From assembly GCA_051313645.2 (NCBI GenBank), contig JBNRSN020000194.1:248001-312000 (forward strand): a DNA stretch of 64,000 nucleotides, in the 5' to 3' direction. Under the pieces are notes generated by a model. It was given only the letters and a program-made list of their open reading frames with translations, had not been told where the DNA came from and did no database searches. The stretch's first letter is position 1; the number at the start of each line of letters is the position of its first letter. The DNA is from Centroscyllium fabricii (lineage: Eukaryota). The translations under genes were made by a program, and so were the position numbers. This document shows, one piece after another, positions 15,001-28,700 of the stretch.

Positions 15001-18000
15001 TGACTGAGAATACTGAGAGCACCCGCCCCTGACTGAGGATACTCAGAGCACCCACCCCTGACTGAGAATACTGAGAGCACCCGCACCTGACTGAGAATAC
15101 TGAGAGCACCCGCCCCTGACTGAGAATACTGAGAGCACCCGCCCCTGACTGAGTATACTCAGAGTACCTGCCCTGACTGAGAATACTCGGAGCACCCGTC
15201 CCTGACTGAGAATACTTGGAACACCCGCACCTGACTGAGAATTCTCAGAGCACTCGCCCCTGACAGAGAATACTGAAAGCACCCGCCCCTGACTGAGAAT
15301 ACTCAGATCACTCGCCTCTGACTGAGCATACTCGGAGCACTCGCCCCTGACTGAGGATACTCGGAGTACCCGCCCCTGACTCAGAATACTGAGAGCACCC
15401 GTCCCTGACTCAGAATAATGAGAGCACCCGCCCCTGACTCAGAATACTCAGAGCAATCGCCCCTGACTGAGATTACTCGGAGCACCCACCGCTGACTGAG
15501 AATACTCGGAGCACCCACCCCTGAATGAGAATACTCATAGCACCCGCCCCTGATTGAGAATACTTGGAGCACACATCCCTGACTGAGAATACTCGGAACA
15601 CTCACCCCTCACTGAGAATACTGGGAGCACACACCCCTTACTGAGAATACTCGGATCACACATCCATAACTGAGAATACTCGGAGCACCCGCCGCTGACT
15701 GAGAATACTGGGAGCATCGCCCCTGACTGAGAATACTTGGAGCACCCACACCGGAGCACCTGCCCCTGACTGAGAATACTCGGAACACCCGTCCGGTACT
15801 GAGAATACTCGGAGTTCCCGCCTCTGACTGATACTACTCGGAGCACCCGCGCCTGACTGAGAATACCTGGGGCACCCGGCGTAACTGAGAATACTCGGAG
15901 CTCCCACCCCTGACTGAGAATACTTGGAGCACCCGCCCATGACTGAGAATATTCGGAGCACTCGCCCCTGACTGAGAATACTTGGAGGACCCGCACCTGA
16001 CTGAGAATACTCAGAGCACTCGCCCCTGACTGAGAATACTGAGAGCACCCGCCCCTGACTGAAAATACTCGGAGCACCCGCCCCTGACTGAGAATAATCG
16101 GAGCACCCACCCCTGACTTAGAATAATCGGAGCATCTGCCTCTGACTGAGAATACTCGGAACACCCGCCCCTGACTGAGAATACTCGAAGCTGCCGCCTC
16201 TGACTGATACTACTCGGAGCACCCGCGCCTGACTGAGAATACCTGGGGCACCCGGCGTGACTGAGAATACACGGAGCTCCCACCCCTGACTGAGTATACA
16301 CGGAGCACCCGCCCCTGACTGAGAATACTCGGAGCTCCCGTCCCTGACTGAGTATACTCGGAGCAAACACCCCTGACTGAGAATACTCGGAGAACACACA
16401 CCTGACTGAGAATACTTGGAGCACCCGCACATGACTGAGAATATTCGGAGCACTCGCCCCTGACTGAGAATACTGAGAGCACCCGCCCCTGACTGAGGAT
16501 ACTCAGAGCACCCACCCCTGACTGAGAATACTGAGAGCACCCGCACCTGACTGAGAATACTGAGAGCACCCGCCCCTGACTGAGAATACTGAGAGCACCC
16601 ACCCCTGACTGAGTATACTCAGAGTACCTGCCCTGACTGAGAATACTCGGAGCACCCGTCCCTGACTGAGAATACTTGGAACACCCGCACCTGACTGAGA
16701 ATACTCAGAGCACTCGCCCCTGACAGAGAATACTGAAAGCACCCGCCCCTGACTGAGAATACTCAGATCACTCGCCTCTGACTGAGAATACTCGGAGCAC
16801 TCGCCCCTGACTGAGGATACTCGGAGTACCCGCCCCTGACTCAGAATACTGAGAGCACCCGTCCCTGACTCAGAATAATGAGAGCACCCGCCCCTGACTG
16901 AGAATACTCAGAGCAATCGCCCCTGACTGAGAATACTCGGAGCACCCACCGCTGACTGAGAATACTCGGAGCACCCACCCCTGAATGAGAATACTCATAG
17001 CACCCGCCCCTGATTGAGAATACTTAGAGCACACATCCCTGACTGAGAATACTCGGAGCACTCACCCCTCACTGAGAATACTGGGAGCACACACCCCTTA
17101 CTGAGAATACTCGGATCACACATCCATAATTGAGAATACTCGGAGCACCCGCCGCTGACTGAGAATACAGAGAGCATCGCCCCTGACTGAGAATACTTGG
17201 AGCACCCACACCGGAGCACCTGCCCCTGACTTAGCATACTCGGAGCACCCGCCCCTGACTGAGAATAATCAGAGCACCCGCCCCTAACTGAGAATACTCA
17301 GAGCACCCGCACCTGACTGAGTATACTGAGAGCACCCGCCCCAGGCTGAGAATACTCGGAGCACCCGCCCCTGACTGAGAATAATCGGAGCATCTGCCAC
17401 TGACTGAGAATACTCGAAGTTCCCGCCTCTGACTGATACTACTCGGAGCACCCGCGCCTGACTGAGAATACCTGGGGCACCCGGCGTAACTGAGAATACT
17501 CGGAGCTCCCACCCCTGACTGAGAATACTTGGAGCACCCGCCCATGACTGAGAATATTCGGAGCACTCGCCCCTGACTGAGAATACTTGGAGGACCCGCA
17601 CCTGACTGAGAATACTCAGAGCACTCGCCCCTGACTGAGAATACTGAGAGCACCCGCCCCTGACTGAGAATACTCGGAGCACCCGCCCCTGACTGAGAAT
17701 AATCGGAGCACGCACCCCTGACTTAGATTAATCGGAGCATCTGCCACTGACTGAGAATACTCGGAACACCCGCCCCTGACTGAGAATACTCGAAGCTCCC
17801 GCCTCTGACTGATACTACTCGGAGCACCCGCGCCTGACTGAGAATACCTGGGGCACCCGGCGTAACTGAGAATACTTGGAGCTCCCACCCCTGACTGAGT
17901 ATACTCGGAGCAGCCGTCCCTGACTGAGAATACTCGGAGCTCCCGCCCCTGACTGAGGGTACTCAGAGCACCCACCCATGACTGAGAATACTGAGAGCAG

Positions 18001-21000
18001 CCGCACCTGACTGAGAATACTGAGAGCACCCGCCCCTGACTGAGAATACTGAGAGCACCCGCCCCTGACTGAGAATACTGAGAGCACCCACCCCTGACTG
18101 AGAATACTGTGAGCACCCGCCTCTGACTGAGAATAATCGGAGCACCCGCCCCTGACTTGAATACTCGGAGCTCCCGCACCTCACTCAGAATACTGAGAGC
18201 ACCCGCCCCTGACTGAGAATACTCGGAGCACACGCCCCTGACTGAGAATACTGAGAGCACCCGCCCCTGACTATGAATACTGAGAGCACCCGCCCCTGAC
18301 TGAGAATACTCGGAGCACCCGCCCATGATGAGAATACTCGGAGTACACGCCCCTGACAATACTCGGAGTACCTGCCCCTGACTGAGAATACTCGGAGCAC
18401 CCGCCCCTGACTGAGAATACTTGGAGCACCCGCACCTGACTAAGAATACTCAGAGCACTCGCCTCTGACTGAGAATACTCGGAGCACTCGCCCTTGTCTG
18501 CGAATACTCAGAGCACCCGCCCCTGACTGGGAATATCGGATCACCCGCCCCTGACTGAGAATACTCGGAGCACCCACCCCTGACTTAGAATAATTGGAGC
18601 ATCCGCCCCTGACTGAGAATATCGGAGCACCCGCCCCTGACTGAGAATACTCGGAGCACCCACCCCTGACTTAGAATAGTCGGAGCACCCGCCCCTGACT
18701 GATACTGCTCAGAACACCCGCGCCTGATGAGAATACCTGGGGCACCCGGCGTGACTGAGAATACTCGGAGCTCCCACCCCTGACTGAGTATAGTCGGTGC
18801 ACCCGCCCCTGACTGAGAATACTCGGAGCTCCCACCCCTGACTGAGTGTACTCGGAGCACCCGCCCCTGACTGAGAATACTCGGAGCACACACCCCTGAC
18901 TGAGAATACTCGGAGCACTCACCCCTGACTGAGAATACTGGGAGCAACCACCCATTACTGAGAATACTCGGATCATACATCCATGACTGAGAATACTCGG
19001 AGCACCCGCCCCTGACTGAGAATACTGAGAGCATCGCCCCTGACTGAGAATACTTGGAACTCCCACCCCTGACTGAGAATACTCGGAGAACCCACACCTG
19101 ACTGAGAATACTGAGAGCAACCGCCCCTGACTGAGAATACTCGGAGCACCCGCCACTGACTTGAATAATCGGAGCTCCCGCCACCGATTCTGAATACTGA
19201 GAGCACCCGCCCCTGACTGAGAATATTTGGAGCACACGCCCCTGACTGAGAATACTGAGAGCACCCGCCCCTGTCTAAGAATACTGAGAGCACCCGCCCC
19301 TGACTGAGAAAACTCTGAGGATCCGCCCATGACTGAGAATACTTGGAGTACCAGCCCCTGACTGAGAATACTCGGAGGACTCGCCTCTGACTGAGAATAC
19401 ACGGAGCTCGCCCCTCATTGAAAATGTTCGGAGCACCCGCCCCTGACTGAGAATACTCAGAGCACTCGCCTCTGACTGAGAATAATCGGAGCACTCGCCC
19501 CTGACTGAGGATACTCAGAGCACCCACCCCTGACTGAGAATACAGAGAGCACCCACACCTGACTGAGAATATTGAAAGCACCCTCCCCTGACTGAGAATA
19601 CTGTGAGCACACGCCCTTGACTGAGAATACTCGGAGCACCCGCCCCTGACTTGAATACTTGGAGCTCCCGCCCCTGACTAAGAATACTGAGAGTACCCGC
19701 CCCTGACTGAGAATACACGGAGCACCCGCCCCTGACTGAGAATACTGAGAGCACCCGCCCCTGACTAAGAATAATGAGATCACCCGCCCCTGACTGAGAA
19801 TACTCGGAGCACCCGCACATGACTGAAAATACTCGGAGGACTCGCCTCTGAATGAGAATATTTGGAGCACTCGCCCCTGACTCAAAATGTTCGGACCACC
19901 CGCCCCTGACCGAGAATACTCGGAGTACACACCCCTGACAGAGAATACTCGGAGCACACACCCCTGACTGAGAATATTCGGAGTGCCCGCCCCGACTAGG
20001 AATACTGTGAGCACCCGCCCCTGACTGAGAATTCTTGGAGCACCAGCACCTGACTGAGAATACTGAGAGCACCCGCCCGTGACTGAGAATACTCAGAGCA
20101 CTCGCCTCTGACTGGGAATAATCGGAGCACTCGCCCCTGACTGAGGATACTCGGTGTGCCCGCCCCTGACTCAGAATATTGAGAGTACCTGCCCCTGACT
20201 CAGAATACTGAGAGCACCCGCCCCTGACTGAGAATTCTCAGAGCAATCGCCCCTGACTGAGAATACTCGGAGCACCCACCGCTGACTGAGAATACTTGGA
20301 GCTCCCGCCCCTGAATGAGAATACTCGGAGCACCCACCTCTGACTAGGAATACTCGGAGCACCAGCCACTGACTGAGAATACTCGGAGAACACACACCTG
20401 ACTGAGAATATTTACAGCACCCGCCCCTGACTGAGAATACTCAGAGCACCCGCCCCTGACTGAGATTACTGAGAGCTCCTGCCCCTGATTTAGAATACTC
20501 AGAGCACCCGCCCCTGACTGAGAATACTGAGAGCACCCGCCCCTGACTGAGAATACTCGGAGCACCCACCCCTGACTGAGAATTCTCAGAGCACCTGCCC
20601 CAGACTCAGAATACTCGGAGCACACACCCCTGACTGAGAATACTCGGAGCACTCGCGCCTGACTGAGAAAACTGGGAGCACACACCGCTTACTGAGAATA
20701 CTCGGATCACACACACGTGACTGAGAATACTCGGAGCACCCCTCCCTGACTGAGAACACTCGGCGCACTCGCTCCTGACTGAGAATACTCGCGGCACTCG
20801 CCCCTGACTCAGAATACTCAAAGCACCCGCCCCTGACTGAGAATACTGAGAGCACCCGCCCCTGACTGAGAATACTTGGAGCACCCACCCCTGACTGAGG
20901 ATACTCAGAGAACCCACCCCTGACTGAGAATACTGAGAGCACGCGCACCTGACTGAGTATACTGAGAGCAACCGCCCCTGACTGAGAATACTGAGAGCAC

Positions 21001-24000
21001 CCGCCCCTGACTGAGAATACTGAGAGCACCCGCCCCTGACTGAGAATACTGTGAGCACCCGCCCCGACTGAGAATACTCGGAGCACCCGCACCTGACTTG
21101 AATACTTGGAGCTCCCGCCCCTGACTCAGAATACTGAGAGCACCCGCCACTGACAGAGAATACTTGGAGCACCCGCACCTGACTGAGAATAATGAGAGCA
21201 CTCGCCCCTGACTGAGAATACTGAGAGCACCCGCCCATGACTGAGAATACTCAGAGCACTCGCCTCTGACTGAGAATACTCGGAGTACCTGCCCCTGACT
21301 GAGAATACTTGAAGCACCCGCCCCTGAATGAGAATACTCGGAGCATCCACCACTGATTAAGAATAATCAGAGCACCCGCCACTGACTGAGAATCCTCGGA
21401 GCACACACCCCCGACTGAGAATACTTGGAGCACCCACCCCTGACTGAGAATATTCGGAGCACCTGCCGCTGACTTAGAATAATCGGAGCACACGCACCTG
21501 ACTGAGAATACAAATAGCACTCGCCCATGACTGAGAATACTCAGAGCACCCACACCTGACTAAGTATAGTGAGAGCACCCGCCCCTGATTGAGAATACTC
21601 AGAGCACCCGGCCCTGACTGAGAATACTCGGATCACCCGCCCCTGAATTAGAATAATCGGAGCACCCGCCCCTGACTGAGGATACTCAGAGCACCCACCC
21701 CTGACTGAGAATACAGAGAGCACCCGCACCTGACTGAGAATACTGAGAGCACCCGCCCATGACTGAGAATACTGTGAGCACCCGCACCTGACTGAGAATA
21801 CTCGGAGCACCCGCCCCTGACTTGAATACTCGGAGCTCCCGCCCCTGACTGAGAATACTGAGAGCATCCGCACCTGACTGATACTACTCGGAGCACCCGC
21901 ACCTGACATTGAATACCTGGGGCACCCGGCGTGACTGAGAATACTCGGAGCACCTGCCCCTGTCTAAGAATACTGAGAGCACCCGCCCCAGACTGAGAAT
22001 ACTCTGAGGACCCGCCCATGACTGAGAATACTTGGAGTACAAGCACCTGACTGAGAATACTCAGAGGGCTCGCCTCTGTCTGAGAATACTCGGAGCACTC
22101 GCACCTGATTGAAAATGTTCGGAGCACCCGCCCCTGACTGAGAATACTCAGAGCACACACACCTGACTGAGAATACTGAGACCACCCACCCCTGACTGAG
22201 AATACTCAGAGCACTCGCCTCTGACTGAGAATAATCGGAGCACTCGCCCATGATTGAGGATACTCGAAGTACCCGCCCCTGACTCAGAATACTGAGCGCA
22301 CCCGCGCCTGACTCAGAATACTGTGAGCACCCGCCCCGACTGAGAATACTCAGAGCACTCGCCCCTGACTGAGAATACTCGGAGCACCCACCGCTGACTG
22401 AGAATACTTGGAGCACACGCCCCTGAATGAGAATACTCGGAGCACCCACCTCTGATTAAGAATACTCGGAGCACCCGCCACTGACTGAGAATCCTCGGAG
22501 CACCCACCCCTGACTGAGAATACTTGGAGCACCCACCCCTGACTGAGAATATTCGGAGCACCTGTCGCTGAATTTGAATACTCGGAGCACACGCCCCTGA
22601 ATGAGAATACTCATTGCACCCGCCCCTGACTGAGAATACTCAGAGCACACGCCCCTGACTGAGTATACTGAGAGCACCCGCCCCTGATTGAGAATACTCG
22701 GAGCACCCGCCCCTGACTGAGAATACTCGGAGCATCCGCCCCTGACTTAGAATAATCGGAGCACCCGCCCCTGACTGAGGATACTCAGAGCACCCACCCC
22801 TGACTGAGAATACAGAGAGCACCCACACCTGACTGAGAATACTGAAAGCACCCGCCCCTGACTGAGAATACTGTGAGCACACGCCCTTGACTGAGAATAC
22901 TCGGAGCCTCCACCCCTGACTTGAATACTCGGAGCTCCCGCCCCTGACTCAGAATACTGAGAGCACCCGCCCCTGACTGAGAATACTCGGAGAACCCGCC
23001 CCTGACTGAGAATACTGAGAGCACCCGCCCCTGACTAAGAATAATGAGAGCACCCGGCCCTGACTGAGAATACTCGGAGCTCCCGCCCATGACTGAGAAT
23101 ACTTGGAGTACCAACCCCTGACTGAAAATACTCGGAGTACCCGCCCCAACTAAGTATACTGAGAGCACCCGCCCCTGACTGATAATTCTTGGATCACCCG
23201 CACCTGACTGAGAATACTCAGAGCACTCGCCCCTGACTGAGAATACTGAGAGCACCCGCCCGTGACTGAGAATACTCAGAGCACTCGCCTCTGACTGAGA
23301 ATAATCGGAGCACTCGCCCCTGACTGAGGATGCTCGGAGTACCCGCCCCTGACTCAGAATACTGAGAGTACCTGCCCCTGACTCAGAATACTGAGAGCAC
23401 CCGCCCCTGACTGAGAATTCTCAGAGCACTCGCCCCTGACTGAGAATACTCGAAGCACCCACCGCTGACTGAGAATACTTGGAACACCCGCCCCTGAATG
23501 AGAATACTCGGAGCACCCACCTCTGACTAAGAATACTCGGAGCACCCGCCCCTGACTGAGAATACTCAGAGCACCCGCCCCTGACTGAGAATACTGAGAG
23601 CACCCGCCCCTGATTGAAAATACTCATGGCACCCGCCCCTGACTGAGAATATTTGGAGCACCCGCACCTGACTGAGAATACTGAGAGCACTTGCCCCTGA
23701 CTGAGAATACTGAGAGCACCCGCCCATGACTGAGAATACTCAGAGCACCCGCCCCTGACTTAGAATACTCGGAGTACCCGCCCCTGACTGAGAATACTTG
23801 AAGCACCCGCCCCTGAATGAGAATACTCGGAGCACCCACCTCTGATTAAGAATACTCGGAGCACCCGGCACTGACTGAGATTCCTCGAAGCACACACCCC
23901 AGACTGAGAATACTTGGAGCACCCACCCCTGACTGAGAATATTCGGAGCACCTGCCGCTAACTTAGAATAATCGGAGCACACGCCCCTGACTGAGAACAC

Positions 24001-25428
24001 ACATAGCACTCGCCCATGACTGAGAATACTCAGAGCACCCGCCCCTGACTGAATATACTGAGAGCACCCGCCCCTGATTGAGAATACTCGGAGCACCCGC
24101 CCCTGACTGAGAATACTCGGAGCACCCGCCCGTGAGTTAGAATAATCGGAGCACCCGCCCCTGACTGAGGATACTCAGAGCACCCACCCCTGACTGAGAA
24201 TACAGAGAGCACCCGCACCTGACTGAGAATACTGAGAGCACCCGCCCCTGACTGAGAATACTGTGAGCACCCGCCCCTGACTGAGAATACTCGGAGCACC
24301 CACCCCTGACTTGAATACTCGGAGCTCCCGCCCCTGACTCAGAATACTGAGAGCATCCGCACCTGACTGATACTACTCGGAGCACCCGCGCCTGACTGAG
24401 AATACCTGGGGCACCCGCCCATAACTGAGAATACTTGGAGTACCAGCCCCTGACTGAGAATACTCGGAGGACTCGCCTCGGACTGAGAATATTCGGAGCA
24501 CTCGCCCATGACTGAAAATGTTCGGAGCCCCTGCCCCTGACTGAGAATACTCGGAGCACACACCTCTGACTGAGAATACTCAGAGTACCCGCCCCTGACT
24601 CAGAATACTGAGTGCACCCGTCCCTGACTGAGAATACTTGGAGCACCCGCACCTGACTGAGAATACTGAGAGCACTCGCCCCTGACTGAGAATACTGAGA
24701 GCACCCGCCCATGACTGAGAATACTCAGAGCACTCGCCTCTGACTGAGAATACTCTGAGTACCCGCCCCTGACTGAGAATACTTGGAGCACCCACCCCTG
24801 ACTAAGAATACCTGGAGCACCCGCCACTGACTGAGAATACTTGGAGCACCCACCTCTGACTAAGAATACCTGGAGCACCCGCCACTGACTGAGAATCCTC
24901 GGAGCACCCACCCCTGACTGAGAATACTCGGAGCACCCGCCCCTGACTTGAATACTCGGAGCTCCCGCCTCTGACTCAGAATACTGAGAGCATCCGCACC
25001 TGACTGATACTACTCGGAGCACCCGCGCCTAACTGAGAAAACCTGGGGCACCCGGCGTGACTGAGAATACTCGGAGCACCCGCCCCTGACTGAGAATACT
25101 CGGAGCTCCTGCCCCTGTATGAGTATACTCGGAGCACCCGCCCCTGACTGAGAATACTCGGAGCACACACACCCCTGACTGAGAATACTTGGAGCACCCG
25201 CCCCTGACTGAGAATATTCGGAGCACTCGCCCCTGACTGATAATACTGAGAGCACCCGCCCCTGACTGAGGATACTCAGAGCACCCACCCCTGACTGAGA
25301 ATACTGAGTGCACCCGCACCTGACTGAGAATACTGAGAGCACCCGCCCCTGACTGAGAATACTGAGAGCACCCGCCCCAGACTGAGAATACTGAGAGCAC
25401 CCGCCACTGACTGAGAATACTGTGAGCA
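1..25428. repeat. 29-bp tandem satellite array, left block
   Basis: Head-to-tail copies of GAGCACCCGCCCCTGACTGAGAATACTCG with recurring diagnostic variants such as TACCTGGGGCACCCGGCG and CCCCTTACTGAGAATACTCGGATCACAC. Confidence 0.98.
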
Positions 25429-25707
25429 TGTGGTAACCCATAATGTTATGTATACCACTGTATTCTTGTTGTCAATTATTGGCTGTGTATATGTGTTATA
25501 CAGCCCTGTAACACTGTTGGGAGCCAGGTCAGCCACACCTCTAACTCCTCCCCCAGGTGAGGCCTTTATAGGTGGAGACTGACTGAGGCTCCCTCATTCC
25601 TGCTTAGATGTTCGTTCGGAGGGTAGCTCCTAAGTAAGTGATTAAAAGCCTATAGTTACGGTAACTACTCGTTGAGTCTTTTAATCTGAGATATTGACGA
25701 TACGTCA
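25429..25707 (+). repeat. 5' LTR of the gypsy element
   Basis: TGTGGTAACC...TACGTCA; TTTATA at 25565-25570, ATTAAA at 25641-25646; 10 mismatches versus 30029-30307 by manual count. Confidence 0.96.
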
Positions 25708-25732
25708 ATTTTAATCACTTAAAAGTTTTAAA

Positions 25733-28700
25733 ATGGAGAGCGGTGCAGTAAAGCTAGAAAAGCTGGTCATCAGTCCACAGGACCCTGCCGCCGCCACCAT
25801 GTTCGAACACTGGTTCGGTCTCCTGGAGGCCTATATGGACGCCGCCATAGCTACAACCGACGGGAACAAGCTACAGGTTCTCCGGTCCAGGATCTCCAGC
25901 CGAGTATTCTCCCTCATCCGAGACGCCAAAACCTACCCAGGGGCAGTGGAAAAGCTGAGGAAATGCTACGAGCGCCCGGTCCATTCGGTCTATGCTAGAC
26001 ATGTGCTCGAGACCAGACCACAACTACCGGGTGAGACTAATGATCAATTTGAGCAAGCGCTCCAGGCCCTGGTACGGGTCTGTGGCTGCCAAGCCCGGAC
26101 AGCAGAAGAGGAGGCGAACCTCCTCGTCCGAGCGCATATGTAACTGGACTAAGGTGCGTGGAGGCCCGCCAGAGGCTGCTGGAAAAAGACACTTTGTCCC
26201 TCGAAGACGCGATTGCTATATCTAACTCCGTGGAAGGAGCACGCAAAAAACTACAAGCTTACAGTGGCACAAACCCGCAGGCCGACGACATGTGGGCCAC
26301 GCCACAACGGACCCAGGCCTGGGCAGCGCCACAATGGGTCGAGACTCCCACGATGGCTGCGACAGCCACAGAAGACAAACGCTGCTACTTCTGTAGCCAG
26401 GGACTGCACCCGAGAGCGTGATGCCCAGCAAGGACCGCGACCTGTGAGAGGTGCGCCAAGAAGGGACATTATGCAAAGGCTTGCAGATCAGCACCAACAG
26501 CACCCAACTCCAGGTACAACAGCGCAGCCTGTGAAAGCGACAGACCTTATGTAAGCTGCAATAGCAGCGTGATGCAGCGACGGTCCGGGGGTAGAAGGGA
26601 AGCGCCCCCAGCTCCCACGCCGATGCGGCAAAGGCCGGCCAAGCGCGACCCCCCAATGCCAGCAGCAGACCCAATGCGGCCGGCTGCGTGCGAATCACGG
26701 GCACCGCCAACCCGACCACCGCGGCTCGCTGCGTGCGAACCACGGGCACCGCCAACCCAGTCACCACGGCCCGCTGCGTGCGAACCACGGGCGCTGCCAG
26801 CATGCTCACAGCGGTCAGCCGCGTGCGAACCACGGGCGCCGCCATCTCGACCCCAGCGGCCCAGCATGTGCGACCCGTCGGCGCCGCCATTTTGTCCCCA
26901 GGGCCCCACCATGTGCGAGCCAGGGGCGCCGCCATTTTGTCTACAGGGCCCCACCATGTGCGAGCCAGGGGCGACGCCATTTTGTCTACAGGGCCCCACC
27001 ATGTGCGAGCCAGGGGCGCCGCCATTTTGTATACAGCCCCAACCAGCAGGGGGCCCACACACACAGAAGCACACGTCTGCTCCAGCCATACCTAGAGTGT
27101 ACCAGGACAGGCCACACACCCTGTCTAACTCGATAATGCCTATCAAAATAAACGGCTATACTACTAATTGCCTATTTGACACTGGAAGCACGGAGAGCTT
27201 TGTGCACCCCGATACAGTGCAGCGCTGCGGACTGCAGATCCTGCCCACAAACTACCAAGTCTCCCTTGCTTCAAAGTCCCACACCGCGGACGTCACCGGC
27301 TACTGCTCCGTCACGCTCACAGTCAAGGGGTGCGTGTACCGTAATTTTAAATTGTACACCCTCCAGCAGTTGTGCGCCCCAGCCTTACTAGGTCTGGATT
27401 TCCAGTGCCACCTCAAGAGCGTGACAATGGATTTCGGCGGGACTTTGCCCCCCCTCACCGTCAGTAGCCGGGACAGTCCCTTCCCAAAGCGGAGCCCGGC
27501 CTGCGGCCTCTCCACCCTGAAAATCGACCCCCCCTCACTGTTCGCCAACCTCGACCCCAAGTGCAAACCTATTGCTACCAAGAGTCGGCGGTACAGTGTG
27601 GGGGATCGCACGTTTATCAGGTCGGAGGTCGGGCGGATGCTGAAGGAGGGGATAATTGAAGCCAGCACCAGCCCCTGGCGCGCCCAGGTTATTGTGGTAA
27701 AGTCTGGCGAGAAACAACGGCTGGTGATCAATTACAGCCAGACCATCAACCGCTACACCGGGCTCGACGCCTACCCCCATCCCCGCATCTCGGAAATGGT
27801 CAATCAGATCGCCCAGTATAAGGTGTTCTCCATGATCGACCTTAAGTCAGCGTATCACCAACTCCCAATCCGGAAAGCCGACCGCCCCTACACCGCCTTC
27901 GAGGCGAACAGTCGGCTCTACCACTTCCTCCGGGTCCCCTTCGGCGTGCCCAATGGAGTGTCAGTGTTCCAGTGGGAGATGGACCGCATGGTTGACCAGA
28001 ACGAGTTGCAGGCCACCTTCCCCTACCTGGACAACGTGACCATCTGCGGCCACGACCAACAGGACCACGATGCCAATCTGGCCAAATTTCTCGACACGGC
28101 GGATAAGCTGGACCTCACGTATAACAAAGACAAATGTGTCTTTAATACAGACCGGTTCGCCATCCTCGGATACGTGGTGGAGAACGGAGTCCTCGGCCCC
28201 GACCCACAGCGTATGCGACCCCTACAAGAACTGCCCCTACCTCAAGCCTTGAGGAGATGCCTAGGATTTTTCTCCTATTACGCACAATGGGTCCCACAAT
28301 TCGTGGACAAGGCTAGACCACTCCTCAAGGCTGCCATTTACCCCCTTTCGGTAGAAGCCCAAACGGCATTCGCCCGGATAAAGGAAGACATCATCAAGGC
28401 TACCATGCTCGCTGTTGATGAATCCATTCCCTTCCAGGTGGAGAGCGACGCTTCGGACTTCGCCCTTGCTGCCATCCTGAATCAGGCAGGCAGGCCCGTA
28501 GCGTTTTTCTCCCGCACGCTACAGGGACCCGAAACTCACCACTCAGCAGTGGAAAAGGAGGCCCAGGCCATCGTGGAGGCCATGCGCTACTGGCATCATT
28601 ACCTGGCCGGTAAGCGTTTTACCCTTCTCACCGACCAACGGTCGGTGGCGTTTATGTTTAATAATAAACAGTAGGGTAAGATCAAGAATGATAAGATCCT

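Noticed and set aside
1-25428. CRISPR array, suggested by the 29-bp repeat with an internal dyad
   Set aside because: Monomers are contiguous with no unique spacers, no cas genes are present, and the context is eukaryotic
26222-27146. Antisense ORFs of 280 and 199 aa in the gypsy element
   Set aside because: They are shadows of the GC-rich 45-bp in-frame repeat and have no independent motifs
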